Assembly (NCBI GenBank): GCA_044223005.1
Contig: JBGAML010000025.1
Coordinates: 1 to 57,345, forward strand
Length of the DNA stretch: 57,345 nt
Direction: 5' to 3'
Source of the DNA: Candidatus Eiseniibacteriota bacterium
GTDB lineage: Bacteria; Eisenbacteria; RBG-16-71-46
Shown here piece after piece: positions 39,815 to 51,286 of this stretch (the stretch's first letter is position 1; each line of letters starts with the position of its first letter). The translations under genes and the position numbers were made by a program. The notes beneath the pieces were generated by a model. That model did not search any database. It was not told where the DNA came from and saw only the letters and a program-made list of their open reading frames with translations.

Positions 39815-42112
39815 TTGGATCCCTTGGCCGATGCACCGGAGGTGCGTCGGGGAGAACCGGCCAACTTGGAAAAGGCGATCGAGATCAAGCGTCGGGCCCA
39901 GCGCTGCATCCAGAATGGTGATCTGGATGGGGCGCTGAACGAGTACGAGAAACTCGTCGGCTCCGAGGAATCCGACCCCTACAACTACGTCCTGCTCGCG
40001 GACCTTCTCTACAAGAAGGGCGACCAGGGCGCGGCGTCGGAACGCTATCTCTCCGCGGTCGCTTCCTACGAGAAGGCGTCGCTCTACAAGAACGCCATCG
40101 CCGTCTGCAAGAAGATGCTGCGGCTCTCGCTCTCACCGGCGAAGGTGCTGCAGTCGCTCGGCGACCTGCACGCGCTCGACGGCCTCACCAGCGAGGCCGC
40201 GCTCTATTTCGTCCAGTACGCCGAGCACATGGTGCGCTCGAGCGACCCGGTCGCCGCCGCCAAGGCGCTGCGCCGCGCGTTCGACGTGAGCCAGGAGAAC
40301 GTGCGCGTCCTGGAGCAGATGTCCGAGGCGTGGCTGCTCGCCGGCGAGAACACGCAGGCGGCGCAGGCGCTCGTCGAGGCGTCGAACCACTATCGCCAGC
40401 GCGGCGCCGAAGCCGACGCGCGCCGCTGCACCGAGCGTGCCGCAGTGCTCGACGGCTCCGCTCCGCCGGTGTCCGAAGCCGCGCCCGTCGCGGCCGTCGC
40501 GACGCCGGCCGAACCGGTGGCGGTCGAAGAGGCGCCTGCGGCGCCCGCGATCTCGCACCTGCCCGAGCCCGGCGCGATCGACCTGCGCCACGACCACGAA
40601 GCGCCCGCCGCGCCCGCGCCCGCGCCCGTCGGTTCGGCGCCGGTCGAGCACGCCCGCGTGGACGGTTTCGAGACCGGTCGGCACGAGGTCGAGCGCCCGG
40701 CGCTGCCGCCGCTCGACGCCGAGCCCGCCGCCGAAACCGCGGCCGCGCCCGAAGACTTCCCGGTCCACGAGATCGAGGCCGACGAAGAGCCCGAGATCGA
40801 GGTCATCGCCGAGACGGAGCCCGAGGCCGAGCCCGAGCTCGAAATCGACAACGACGTCGAGCCCGAGACCGCGTTCGAGATCGAGGAGCCCGTCGGTCCG
40901 CCGACCGGGCCGATCGAGCGGATGCAGACGACGGAGGCCATCGCGGCCGCCGGCGCCGAGGCCGTGTACGAGATCTCCGACGCCGATGCCGCGTACACGC
41001 CGCCGCCGGCGGAGCCGTACGAAGAGCCGGTGTACGTGATCTCGGACGAGGAAGCCGCCGAGACCGAGCCGACGCCCGAGCCCGCGGCCCCGATGCCGCC
41101 GGCGCCGAGCCTCGCGTTCGAGCAGACCGCCGCGGCGGCACCCGCGCCCGCGCCGGAAGCGAACCCGCTCGCGGCCGTCGAGGAGCTGCTGACCCGGGCG
41201 CAGGAGCAGTTCCGCGCCGGTCACCGCGACGAAGCGTCGCATACGCTGACCCAGGCCGCTCGCGCCTACGAGGTGCTCGAGCGCTACGACAGCGCGGCCA
41301 CCATCTATCGCAGTCTCGGCCGCGGCGCGCACGCGACGCCCGAGATCATCGAACTCTGGCTCGCCAACTGCGAGCACCGTCACGACGTCCGCGAGGCCGC
41401 GCAGGTGGCCTGCGACCTCGGCGACCGCGCGCTCAACGACGGTGACCAGCATTCCGCGCGCTCGTGGTTCGAGCGCGCCATCGCCTACGACGGCGGCAAC
41501 GAGACGGCCAAGCGCCGCCTGCAGCGCCTCGACCAGGCGAGCACGATGATGCCGATGCCCGAGATTCCGACGGCCACCGCGACGGCCCCCGAGCCGGCGC
41601 CGGTCGCGCAGGTCCCGGCGGCGCCCGCGGCGGAGCAGAAGGTGGAAGTCGCGGTCGGCCGTGCGGAAGCCGTCAGCTTCGATCTGGCCGGACTCCTGGC
41701 GGAGTTCCAGCGCGGTGTCGAGTCCCAGTTGGCCGGGGACCCCCAGAGCCACTACGATCTGGGCATGACCTACCGCGAGATGGGCCTGTACGATCAGGCC
41801 ATGGACTCGTTCCGCCAGGCGAAGACCGATCCCCGACTTTCGATCCGTGCGTCCGAGATGATGGGCCGCTGCCTGGCCGATCAGGGCCGCTGGGGCGACG
41901 CGCTCGCCGAGTTCGCGCGCGCGCTCGAGATGCCGGACGTCGGACCCGAGAACGATCTCGAACTGCGCTACCACTTCGGCCACGCACTGGCCGAGAAGGG
42001 GCGCTTCGAGGAGGCGCTCCACCAGTACCAGGTGGTGGCCGAGCGCTTCCCCGGGTTCGAGGACGTCGAGGAGCGCGTCACGGCCATGCGGCGGGTCCTG
42101 GGGCAGCCGTGA
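39815..42112 (+). CDS. TPR-repeat protein with long acidic Pro/Ala-rich linker
   Basis: N-terminal TPRs (LADLLYKKGD...A), an E/P/A-rich middle region and C-terminal TPRs (SHYDLGMTYREMGLYDQAM). Start uncertain. Confidence 0.8.
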   Translation: MDPLADAPEVRRGEPANLEKAIEIKRRAQRCIQNGDLDGALNEYEKLVGSEESDPYNYVLLADLLYKKGDQGAASERYLSAVASYEKASLYKNAIAVCKKMLRLSLSPAKVLQSLGDLHALDGLTSEAALYFVQYAEHMVRSSDPVAAAKALRRAFDVSQENVRVLEQMSEAWLLAGENTQAAQALVEASNHYRQRGAEADARRCTERAAVLDGSAPPVSEAAPVAAVATPAEPVAVEEAPAAPAISHLPEPGAIDLRHDHEAPAAPAPAPVGSAPVEHARVDGFETGRHEVERPALPPLDAEPAAETAAAPEDFPVHEIEADEEPEIEVIAETEPEAEPELEIDNDVEPETAFEIEEPVGPPTGPIERMQTTEAIAAAGAEAVYEISDADAAYTPPPAEPYEEPVYVISDEEAAETEPTPEPAAPMPPAPSLAFEQTAAAAPAPAPEANPLAAVEELLTRAQEQFRAGHRDEASHTLTQAARAYEVLERYDSAATIYRSLGRGAHATPEIIELWLANCEHRHDVREAAQVACDLGDRALNDGDQHSARSWFERAIAYDGGNETAKRRLQRLDQASTMMPMPEIPTATATAPEPAPVAQVPAAPAAEQKVEVAVGRAEAVSFDLAGLLAEFQRGVESQLAGDPQSHYDLGMTYREMGLYDQAMDSFRQAKTDPRLSIRASEMMGRCLADQGRWGDALAEFARALEMPDVGPENDLELRYHFGHALAEKGRFEEALHQYQVVAERFPGFEDVEERVTAMRRVLGQP

Positions 42113-42951
42113 CCGCCCCGCGGCCGGCCCGCACCGCCGGGCGCCGCGTCGACCTGCACGCGCACACGTTCTTCAGCGACGGCCAGCTGTCGCCCGAAGA
42201 GCTCGTGGAGCACGCGCTCGGCCGCGGTCTCGTCGCACTCGCGATCACCGATCACGACACCGTCGAAGGCGTCGCGCGTTCGCTCGTCGCGGGCGGCGGC
42301 CGCATCCGCATCGTGCCCGGCATCGAGCTCTCGACGTCGCTCGAGGGCTACGACCTGCACATGCTGGGGTACTTCCTCGACTACCAGAGCGAATCGCTGC
42401 GCGAGCGGCTCGAGAACTTCCGCGAGGAGCGCCGCAGCCGCGCGCTGGCGATCATGCAGCGCCTGCGAGAGCTCGACGCGCCCGTCGACGAAACCGCGGT
42501 GTTCGCCGCGGCCGAGCCGGGCGTGGTCGGGCGGCCGCACGTCGCGCATGCGCTCGTGCGCGCCGGTCACGTGCCCAGCGTCGAGGCCGCGTTCCAGCAG
42601 TTCCTCGGGCCGCGCGGCCGAGCGTTCGTGCAGCGGCCCTCGTTCCACAGCGAGGACGCCATCGCCTGCATCCGCGAGGCGGGAGGGGCGAGCGTGCTCG
42701 CGCACCCCGGGCCGCAGCTGCCGGTGACGATCGTCGAGCGGCTCAAGGAGGCCGGCCTCGACGGGCTCGAGGTGTGGCATCCGGTGCACGGCCCCGCGGC
42801 ACTGCGGCGCTGGCGCGAGACGGCGCGCAAGCTGCGCCTGATCGAGACGGGCGGCTCCGACTTCCACGGCACCCACCGTGGGGCCGGGCTCGGCGACATG
42901 CCGGTGCCCGAGCGCGCCGTCGAGTCGCTGCTCGACGCCGCGCGCCGCTGA
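42109..42951 (+). CDS. PHP-family metal-dependent phosphoesterase (TrpH/YciV-like)
   Basis: DLHAHT..SDG, ITDHDT, GIELS, GRPHVA, LAHP and GGSDFHG motifs. GTGA overlap. Confidence 0.9.
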   Translation: MTAPRPARTAGRRVDLHAHTFFSDGQLSPEELVEHALGRGLVALAITDHDTVEGVARSLVAGGGRIRIVPGIELSTSLEGYDLHMLGYFLDYQSESLRERLENFREERRSRALAIMQRLRELDAPVDETAVFAAAEPGVVGRPHVAHALVRAGHVPSVEAAFQQFLGPRGRAFVQRPSFHSEDAIACIREAGGASVLAHPGPQLPVTIVERLKEAGLDGLEVWHPVHGPAALRRWRETARKLRLIETGGSDFHGTHRGAGLGDMPVPERAVESLLDAARR

Positions 42952-43046
42952 CGCGGCCGCTTGCCCTCCGCGCCCCCGCGCGGATACGCTGCGCCCGCTC
43001 ACGCTCCCGCGCCACCCCGACGGAGTTCCACGCCATCCGACGTTTC

Positions 43047-44810
43047 TTGGTCCGTCCCGTGCTCGCGCTCGCGCTCCTCGCCGGAGTGCTCGCGCCCTGG
43101 AACTCCCCGTGTGCACGCGCGCAGGTTCCGCCCGCGGGCACCTCGCCGCAGCCGCTGCCGTCGTGGTGGGGCGCGCCCGGCTCCGCCGGCTGGACGCCCG
43201 ACGCGGCGCTGACCAGCGGCGCGCCGTGGACGTTCGCCGGGCTCATGCTCGGCGGCTGGGACCTGCGCGACCCGATCGCGCCCGCGACGATGCCCGGGCC
43301 CGGCATTCCCGAGGCGCAGGTGCCGCTCGCGTGGCTCGACGCGGCGACGGTGCGCCTCGGCGAGGACGCCGCGTGGGACGGCTTCGGCACCGGACTCGCC
43401 GTGGCGCGCGGGACGCTCAAGCCCGCGAGCAGCCGGCAGCCCCGCGCCGTGGTCACGGTGCAGAACGGCGCGCACGGACTCGATCGCAACGGCCTCTATC
43501 TCTCGCGCGGCGACGCGCGCTCGTGGCTGCGCGCCGGTGCGCTCGCCGGTTCGCGCGGCGCGATCGGCGACCTCGACGTCCAGGGCGTGCACCTGTGGAC
43601 CGTCGAGAGCGGCATTCGCCGCGGCGCGCACGTGCTCGAAGCGAGCTTCGCGCAGCGGGGCGCGGGCGAGAGCGAGCTCGCCGCCAACGGCGAGAGCGTG
43701 CGCGGCGAGAGCGGCATGGCCCGCTGGGCGTGGTCGCACGGCCGCGATTCGCTGCAGGCGCGCTTCACGCGTGGCTGGGACACGCGCTACGTGTTCCCCT
43801 CCTCGGGCGGGAGCGGCGAGACGTATCGCCGCGACGCGCAGGCGAACCGCTTCGAGCTCGAGGCGCTGCGCCGCGGCGCCGAACGCGACTGGGGCCTGCA
43901 CGCTTCGGTGCGCGAGGCGCGCGTGGTCGGGATCCTCGCGGACCCGTTCGGCGTGCGCATCTCGCGGGACGAGTGGAGCGAGCGCGACGCGTGGGTCTCG
44001 GGGCGCATGAGCCAGCCGTGGAACGCGGGCCGGCTCGAGCTGCAGCTGGGCGCCGGCGGCGATCGCGCCACGCGCCGGTCGTGGTACGCGCCAGGCCTCT
44101 CGTGGACGACCGTGCAGGGCACCGGCCGCGTGCGCGTCTTCGCCGAGCGCGCGATCACGCCGGTCTGGAGCGACCCGGCACCGGGGCAGGCCGCGTTCGC
44201 GCAGGACGCATGGGTCGGCGGCTTCGAGGCCGGCCGCGGCGCCGACAGCACCGCGCACGGGAGCGTAACGCTGCTCGCCGGGCGCACCGAGGGCCGCGCG
44301 GTGCTTTACCGCTATCCGCTGCTTGGCGTCTCGCTCTTCAATGGCTACCTGCGTGACCTCGAGCCGTGGCGATTCCTGCTGCTGCAGGGCGCGTGCGCCG
44401 GCCGCTGGCGCGCGCTCGACGGCGACGCGTCGGCGTTCGCGGTCGCGCGTCCGCGCGCGTCGTCGCGGCCGCGTGTCGATCCCGCGCTCGGCGCGCGCGT
44501 GGGCGGCGGCCTGCGCTTCCGGATGTTCGCGGGCGACCTCGCGACCCGGCTGCGGGTCGAGGGCGCGTACGTCGGCTCGCGCGAGACCGACAGCGGGACG
44601 ATCCTCGTAGCGGACGAGACCCTGCCGGGCTACTTCACGATGGCCGCGAGTGCGACCTTCGGGTTCGGCGACGCGACGCTGGTCGTCCGGGGCGAAGGCC
44701 TCGAGAACGCCCGACACCCACTGCCGTGGTCGGACCCCAGCGACACGCGGTTGGCCCGCGATGCGGGGAGACAGGTCCGGTTCGAGGTGGTCTGGCCGTT
44801 GTTTAATTAG
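43047..44810 (+). CDS. putative porin-like outer-membrane beta-barrel
   Basis: Signal peptide, amphipathic strands, C-terminal RFEVVWPLFN. Start approximate. Confidence 0.55.
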   Translation: MVRPVLALALLAGVLAPWNSPCARAQVPPAGTSPQPLPSWWGAPGSAGWTPDAALTSGAPWTFAGLMLGGWDLRDPIAPATMPGPGIPEAQVPLAWLDAATVRLGEDAAWDGFGTGLAVARGTLKPASSRQPRAVVTVQNGAHGLDRNGLYLSRGDARSWLRAGALAGSRGAIGDLDVQGVHLWTVESGIRRGAHVLEASFAQRGAGESELAANGESVRGESGMARWAWSHGRDSLQARFTRGWDTRYVFPSSGGSGETYRRDAQANRFELEALRRGAERDWGLHASVREARVVGILADPFGVRISRDEWSERDAWVSGRMSQPWNAGRLELQLGAGGDRATRRSWYAPGLSWTTVQGTGRVRVFAERAITPVWSDPAPGQAAFAQDAWVGGFEAGRGADSTAHGSVTLLAGRTEGRAVLYRYPLLGVSLFNGYLRDLEPWRFLLLQGACAGRWRALDGDASAFAVARPRASSRPRVDPALGARVGGGLRFRMFAGDLATRLRVEGAYVGSRETDSGTILVADETLPGYFTMAASATFGFGDATLVVRGEGLENARHPLPWSDPSDTRLARDAGRQVRFEVVWPLFN

Positions 44811-44885
44811 AAGTAGCCGGGGGAGCAGTCCCCCTGCACCCAGCCCAGCTCCCACGCGACCACCCGCCCCCGCGGCGACTGACAC

Positions 44886-45335
44886 TTGTTCGACCTCACG
44901 CCGGCCGAACGCCGGGGCGCGATGGTGGTGCTCGGGCTGCTCGTCCTGGGCGCCGCGTGGGACCTGCTGCACCTGCGGGCCGCGCTCGCGCCGCCGCCGG
45001 GCCCCGAGCCCGCCGCGGCCGCGCCCATGGCCGAAGCCGCTCCGGCCACCGGGGTGCCGGCCGCCGCACCCGCTGTTCCGGCGGCGCCGCTCGATCTCAA
45101 CCGGGCGACGTCCGAGGACCTCGACCGGCTGCCCGGGATCGGGCCGGTACTTGCCGCCCGGATCGTCGAGTACCGCACCCAGGCCGGGGCGTTCCGTTCG
45201 GTCGACGAACTGATGGCCGTGCGGGGGATCGGGCCGCGACTCTTCGAGCGGTTGCGGCCGCTCGTGAGCGTGCAAGTGGCTGCCCCGCGCGGGCGCGAGC
45301 GGCCCGTGCAGAACGCAATGCCCTCCCGGAAGTGA
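44886..45335 (+). CDS. comEA: ComEA-family helix-hairpin-helix DNA-binding protein
   Basis: N-terminal TM segment. LDLNRAT.EDLDRLPGIGPVLAARIV...F.SVDELMAVRGIG. Confidence 0.85.
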   Translation: MFDLTPAERRGAMVVLGLLVLGAAWDLLHLRAALAPPPGPEPAAAAPMAEAAPATGVPAAAPAVPAAPLDLNRATSEDLDRLPGIGPVLAARIVEYRTQAGAFRSVDELMAVRGIGPRLFERLRPLVSVQVAAPRGRERPVQNAMPSRK

Positions 45336-45351
45336 GCGTGCAGTTTTCGGT

Positions 45352-45379
45352 TCAGGCCTGCACGCCGCCCGACCGATAA
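45352..45379 (+). promoter_or_regulatory. sigma28-like promoter (TCAGG-N15-ACCGATAA) upstream of pilB
   Basis: One mismatch to GCCGATAA, with the same spacing as the other sites. Confidence 0.4.
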
Positions 45380-45435
45380 CCCGAGCGGGTCATGCCGTGC
45401 GGACAGTTGCGCCACCAGGTGCGACGCCGTCTTCG

Positions 45436-45450
45436 CGGCACGCCCGTTGC
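45436..45450 (+). promoter_or_regulatory. sigma54 -24/-12 promoter upstream of pilB
   Basis: CGGCACG-CCCG-TTGC versus consensus TGGCACG-N4-TTGC. Confidence 0.55.
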
Positions 45451-45530
45451 GGACGACCCGCGAAACGCGGCGGCAGGCTCGCGAATCGCGGCATGTGCAT
45501 GCTCCTCGTCATCGGTCGGGGTGCCCCATC

Positions 45531-47231
<1,701 letters not shown>

Positions 47232-47261
47232 GCGGCCAGGCCCCCATCCACCGAGGATCCC

Positions 47262-48344
47262 ATGCCCGAATTGACCCTTCGCCAGCTGCTCGAGGACATG
47301 GTCCGCCGCAAGGCGTCGGACCTGCACATCACGGCCGGTGTGCCTCCCGAGCTGCGCATCGACGGTTCCATCACCGCGACGGAGTACGAGGTGCTGACGG
47401 CCGAACGGTGCACGGCCCTGGCGTACAGCGTGCTCTCGGACGAGCAGCGCAAGCGCTTCGAGACCACGAAGGAGCTCGACTTCTCGTTCGGCGTCAAGGG
47501 CTTGTCGCGCTTCCGCGCGAACGTGTTCCTGCAGCGCGGCGTGACGTCGATGGCGATCCGGCAGATCCCCTACGAGATCCTGCCCATGGAGCAGCTCGGG
47601 CTGCCGCCGATCGTCCGCGAGTTCACGAACCGGCAGAAGGGCCTCGTGCTGCTGACCGGTCCCACGGGCAGCGGCAAGTCGACCACCCTGGCCGCGATGC
47701 TCGACCGCATCAACGCCACGCGGCAGTCGCACATCATGACGATCGAGGACCCGATCGAGTACATCCACCACCACAAGAAGTGCATCGTGAACCAGCGCGA
47801 GATCGGCGCCGACACGGCGTCGTTCCCCACCGCGCTCAAGTACGTGCTGCGGCAGGACCCGGACATCATCCTGATCGGTGAAATGCGCGACCTCGAGACG
47901 ATCGAGGCGGCGCTGACGATCGCCGAAACCGGTCACCTCGTCTTCGCGACGCTGCACACCAACTCCACCTACGAGGCCGTGAACCGCATCGTGGACGTGT
48001 TCCCGGCCGACCAGCAGAAGCAGATCCTCACCCAGCTGGCGTTCACGCTGGAGGGTGTGGTGACGCAGCAGCTCATCCCGCGCAGCCGGGGCGCCGGCCG
48101 CGTGATGTGCGCCGAGGTGCTCGTGTGCACGCCGGCGATCAAGGCCGTGATCCGCGAAGGCAAGATCCACCAGGTCTACACGCTCATGCAGGCCGGCCAG
48201 AAGTTCGGCATGCAGACCATGAACCAGGCGCTCCTGCAGGCGGTGCTCGACAAGCACCTGTCCGGCGAGGACGCGCTCGATCGCAGCACGGATCGTCTGG
48301 AGCTCGAAGGCATGCTCCAGAAGGTCCTTCGCTCGGCGGCCTAG
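47262..48344 (+). CDS. pilT: type IV pilus retraction ATPase
   Basis: ASDLH, RFRANVF, GPTGSGKSTT, AETGHLVFATLHT, AIRNLIRE-like AIKAVIRE and GMQTM. Confidence 0.95.
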   Translation: MPELTLRQLLEDMVRRKASDLHITAGVPPELRIDGSITATEYEVLTAERCTALAYSVLSDEQRKRFETTKELDFSFGVKGLSRFRANVFLQRGVTSMAIRQIPYEILPMEQLGLPPIVREFTNRQKGLVLLTGPTGSGKSTTLAAMLDRINATRQSHIMTIEDPIEYIHHHKKCIVNQREIGADTASFPTALKYVLRQDPDIILIGEMRDLETIEAALTIAETGHLVFATLHTNSTYEAVNRIVDVFPADQQKQILTQLAFTLEGVVTQQLIPRSRGAGRVMCAEVLVCTPAIKAVIREGKIHQVYTLMQAGQKFGMQTMNQALLQAVLDKHLSGEDALDRSTDRLELEGMLQKVLRSAA

Positions 48345-48353
48345 GAGGACGTG

Positions 48354-49571
48354 ATGGCGGTTTTCGTCTGGAAGGGGAGAACGCTGGCGGGCGAGGCGCA
48401 GACCGGCGAAGTCGAGGTCGGGCGCCAGGAAGAAGCCCTCGAGCTGCTGCGAAAGAAGCGCATCCTCGTGACGTCGCTGCGCCCGAAGACCGGCGGGTTC
48501 CAGATGCCGAAGTTCGGCGGCGGCGTCAATGTGAGCACCAAGGACCTGGCGATCTTCACGCGCCAGTTCGCGACCATGATCTCGGCGGGTCTGCCGCTGG
48601 TGCAGTGCCTGGACATTCTCGCGAAGCAGTCGAACAAGCCCTCGTTCGCACGCGTGATCACGGAAGTGACGCGTGAGGTCGAGGCCGGCTCGACTTTGTC
48701 CGACGCGCTCGGCAAGCACAAGAGCGTCTTCGACGACCTGTTCCGCAACATGGTCGCCGCCGGCGAGGCCGGCGGCGTGCTCGACGAGATCCTGATCCGT
48801 CTCGCCGAGTACATCGAGAAGGCCGACGCCCTCAAGCGCAAGGTCCAGAGCGCCATGGTCTACCCGGCCGTCGTGCTCACCGTGGCGCTCGGCGCGACGG
48901 CGTTCATGCTCATCTTCATCATCCCGACGTTCGCGAAGATGTTCACGGACTTCGGCGGTGAACTTCCGCTGCCCACCAAGATCGTGCTCGGCGCGTCGGA
49001 CCTGCTCATGCACTTCTGGTGGGTCGGCATCCTGGCGATCATCGGTGGCTTCGTGGCGTTCCAGCGCTACTACGCCACCGAGAACGGCCAGCGCCAGATC
49101 GACGGCCTCGTGATCAAGATGCCGGTGCTGGGCGACGTGCTCCTGAAGGGCGCCGTCGCGCGCTTCACCCGCACGCTCGGCACCCTGATCGCCTCGGGCG
49201 TGCCGATTCTCTCCGGCCTCGAGATCACCGCCCGTACCGCGGGCAACAAGGTGATCGCCGAAGCCATCATGAGCGCCCGGGCGTCGATCCGCGAAGGCGA
49301 GACCGTGTCCGCGCCGCTCAAGAGCTCGGGCGTGTTTCCGCCCATGGTCACGCAGATGATCGGCGTCGGCGAGCAGACGGGCGCCCTCGACGAGATGCTG
49401 CGCAAGATCGCCGTCTTCTACGAGGCGGAAGTCGACACGGCCGTCGACACGCTCACGTCCATCATCGAGCCCGTGATGATCGTCGTCATGGGCGGCATCG
49501 TGGGCGGCATGGTCGTGGCCATGTACCTGCCGATGTTCAAGCTGATCAGCGTCGTGGCGGGTAACGGCTGA
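48354..49571 (+). CDS. pilC: type IV pilus inner-membrane platform protein
   Basis: FTRQFATMISAGLPL, AGEAGGVLD, VGEQTGALDEML and AMYLPMF. Confidence 0.95.
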   Translation: MAVFVWKGRTLAGEAQTGEVEVGRQEEALELLRKKRILVTSLRPKTGGFQMPKFGGGVNVSTKDLAIFTRQFATMISAGLPLVQCLDILAKQSNKPSFARVITEVTREVEAGSTLSDALGKHKSVFDDLFRNMVAAGEAGGVLDEILIRLAEYIEKADALKRKVQSAMVYPAVVLTVALGATAFMLIFIIPTFAKMFTDFGGELPLPTKIVLGASDLLMHFWWVGILAIIGGFVAFQRYYATENGQRQIDGLVIKMPVLGDVLLKGAVARFTRTLGTLIASGVPILSGLEITARTAGNKVIAEAIMSARASIREGETVSAPLKSSGVFPPMVTQMIGVGEQTGALDEMLRKIAVFYEAEVDTAVDTLTSIIEPVMIVVMGGIVGGMVVAMYLPMFKLISVVAGNG

Positions 49572-51250
49572 TGACCGTCGCGGCCGGCATCGATCCGCGG
49601 GCCCTCGAGGCCGCGGGTGCAACGGGCGAAGACTCCCGGTGGAGTGCGCTGAACCACCTGGTCATCGCCCGGGTGCTGGTCGCTTCCCTCGCCCTGCCGT
49701 TCGGGATCGCGCTCCGGCCCGGCGTGAGCGATCGCCCGGTGGAACTGCTGTGGACGGCGGCCGGCCTCACGGCCGCCCTCACGGTGGTCTCCGCCCTGGC
49801 GATTCGCGTCCGCCGCTGGCCGGCGGCGCAGACGTACGGCCAGGTGGCGGCGGATCTCGCCTTCGTCACCTGGCTGTCGTCGCAGACCGGCGGGCGGGAC
49901 AGCCAGTTCGTCCTCTTCTACGCGCTCGTGGTGATCACGGGCGGCGTGTTCGCGCGTGTGGTCGGCGGCCTGTTCGCGTCCGCCGGGGCGTGCGTGGGCA
50001 TCCTGGTCCTGCCGTGGCTCGCCGGCACCGGCGGCGTCGCGGACACGGTCCTGGACGGCACGCTGCCGCGGCCACAGCTGCTCGTCGCGTTCCTCACCAT
50101 GGTCGGCGTCCTGGCGGGAGTGCTCGGCGAGCGCGTGCATCGCACGCGCGGCGATCTCGAGCGCACCGCGCGGGAACTGAACCGCGTCCGGATCGACAAC
50201 GACATCGTGCTGCGCCACCTCGCGACGGGCGTGTTCGCCGTGGACCACCACGGCGTCGTGGGCTACCTGAACCCGGCGGCCGAGTCCGTGCTGGGCGTGC
50301 GCGCGATCGAAGCGCGCGGCCGGCACGCGAGCCTCGCCCTGCCGGAACGGCTGGCGCCGCTGCGGGCGCTGGTGCTGGACACCCTGAAGGCTCAGTCGGG
50401 CAAGGCCCGCGCCGAGCTCGACATGGAAGGTCCGGCGGGCCGCTCGCTGCCCCTGGGCGTCTCGACCAACGTGCTCACGCACGAGGGCGAGATGACGGGC
50501 GTCGTGGCGGTGTTCCAGGACCTGACACAGGTCCGCGAGATGGAGCGGCGCGTGCGCCGCAACGAGACGCTCGCCGAAGTCGGCGCGCTCGCGGCCGGGA
50601 TCGCCCACGAGCTCCGCAACGGCCTCAAGCCGATCGCGGGCTCCGTGGAGTATCTGCAGCGCGAGCTGAAGCTCAGTGGGGAAGAGGCCGAGTTGATGGA
50701 CCTGATCGCGCGCGAATCGGCGCGCCTGAACAAGTTCGTTACCGACCTGCTGTCGTATTCGCGCGATCGGGACCTCGCCGTGGAGGACGTGGACCTCGGC
50801 GACCACCTGCGCGAACTGGTCAGCACGCTGCGGCACGACTCGCGTCGAGCCGCCGGCGTGGACGTGGTGTACGAGCCCGGCCCCGCACCGGTCCGCATCC
50901 CGATGGACCGGGAACAGGTGCGGCAGGTCTGGCTCAACCTCGCGGCGAACGCGCTCGAGGCGATGGGCGACCACGGCACCCTCCGCATCCGCTGGGAAGC
51001 GGTGGAAGGCGAAGGGGTCGTGGTGGAGTTCGCGGACACGGGGGCCGGCATCGCGGCGGAGGACCTGCCGCGGGTCGGGGAGCCGTTTTTCACGACGAAG
51101 CGGGGAGGCACCGGCCTGGGACTCGCGATCGCACAACGGATCGTCGAGCGCCACGGCGGCGTGCTGAGCCTGGAGAGCGAGGCGGGTCGGGGAACCACGG
51201 CACGGGTGCATCTGCCCGCGGTCGTGGGGGCCGTGGTCGCCGCCGCGTAA
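49571..51250 (+). CDS. pilS: PilS-like membrane sensor histidine kinase (TM + PAS + HisKA/HATPase)
   Basis: Several TM helices. H-box AGIAHELRN, N-box NLAANA, DTGAGI and FFTTK.GGTGLGL. Lies between pilC and pilR. Confidence 0.85.
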   Translation: MTVAAGIDPRALEAAGATGEDSRWSALNHLVIARVLVASLALPFGIALRPGVSDRPVELLWTAAGLTAALTVVSALAIRVRRWPAAQTYGQVAADLAFVTWLSSQTGGRDSQFVLFYALVVITGGVFARVVGGLFASAGACVGILVLPWLAGTGGVADTVLDGTLPRPQLLVAFLTMVGVLAGVLGERVHRTRGDLERTARELNRVRIDNDIVLRHLATGVFAVDHHGVVGYLNPAAESVLGVRAIEARGRHASLALPERLAPLRALVLDTLKAQSGKARAELDMEGPAGRSLPLGVSTNVLTHEGEMTGVVAVFQDLTQVREMERRVRRNETLAEVGALAAGIAHELRNGLKPIAGSVEYLQRELKLSGEEAELMDLIARESARLNKFVTDLLSYSRDRDLAVEDVDLGDHLRELVSTLRHDSRRAAGVDVVYEPGPAPVRIPMDREQVRQVWLNLAANALEAMGDHGTLRIRWEAVEGEGVVVEFADTGAGIAAEDLPRVGEPFFTTKRGGTGLGLAIAQRIVERHGGVLSLESEAGRGTTARVHLPAVVGAVVAAA

Positions 51251-51286
51251 TCGTTCCTTCCGGAACACCAGAACGAGGTGATGAGG

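Noticed and set aside
40440..41170. Low-complexity GAGCCC-type repeats in the TPR gene
   Set aside because: Explained by the Glu/Pro/Ala-rich protein linker. Not a DNA-level array.
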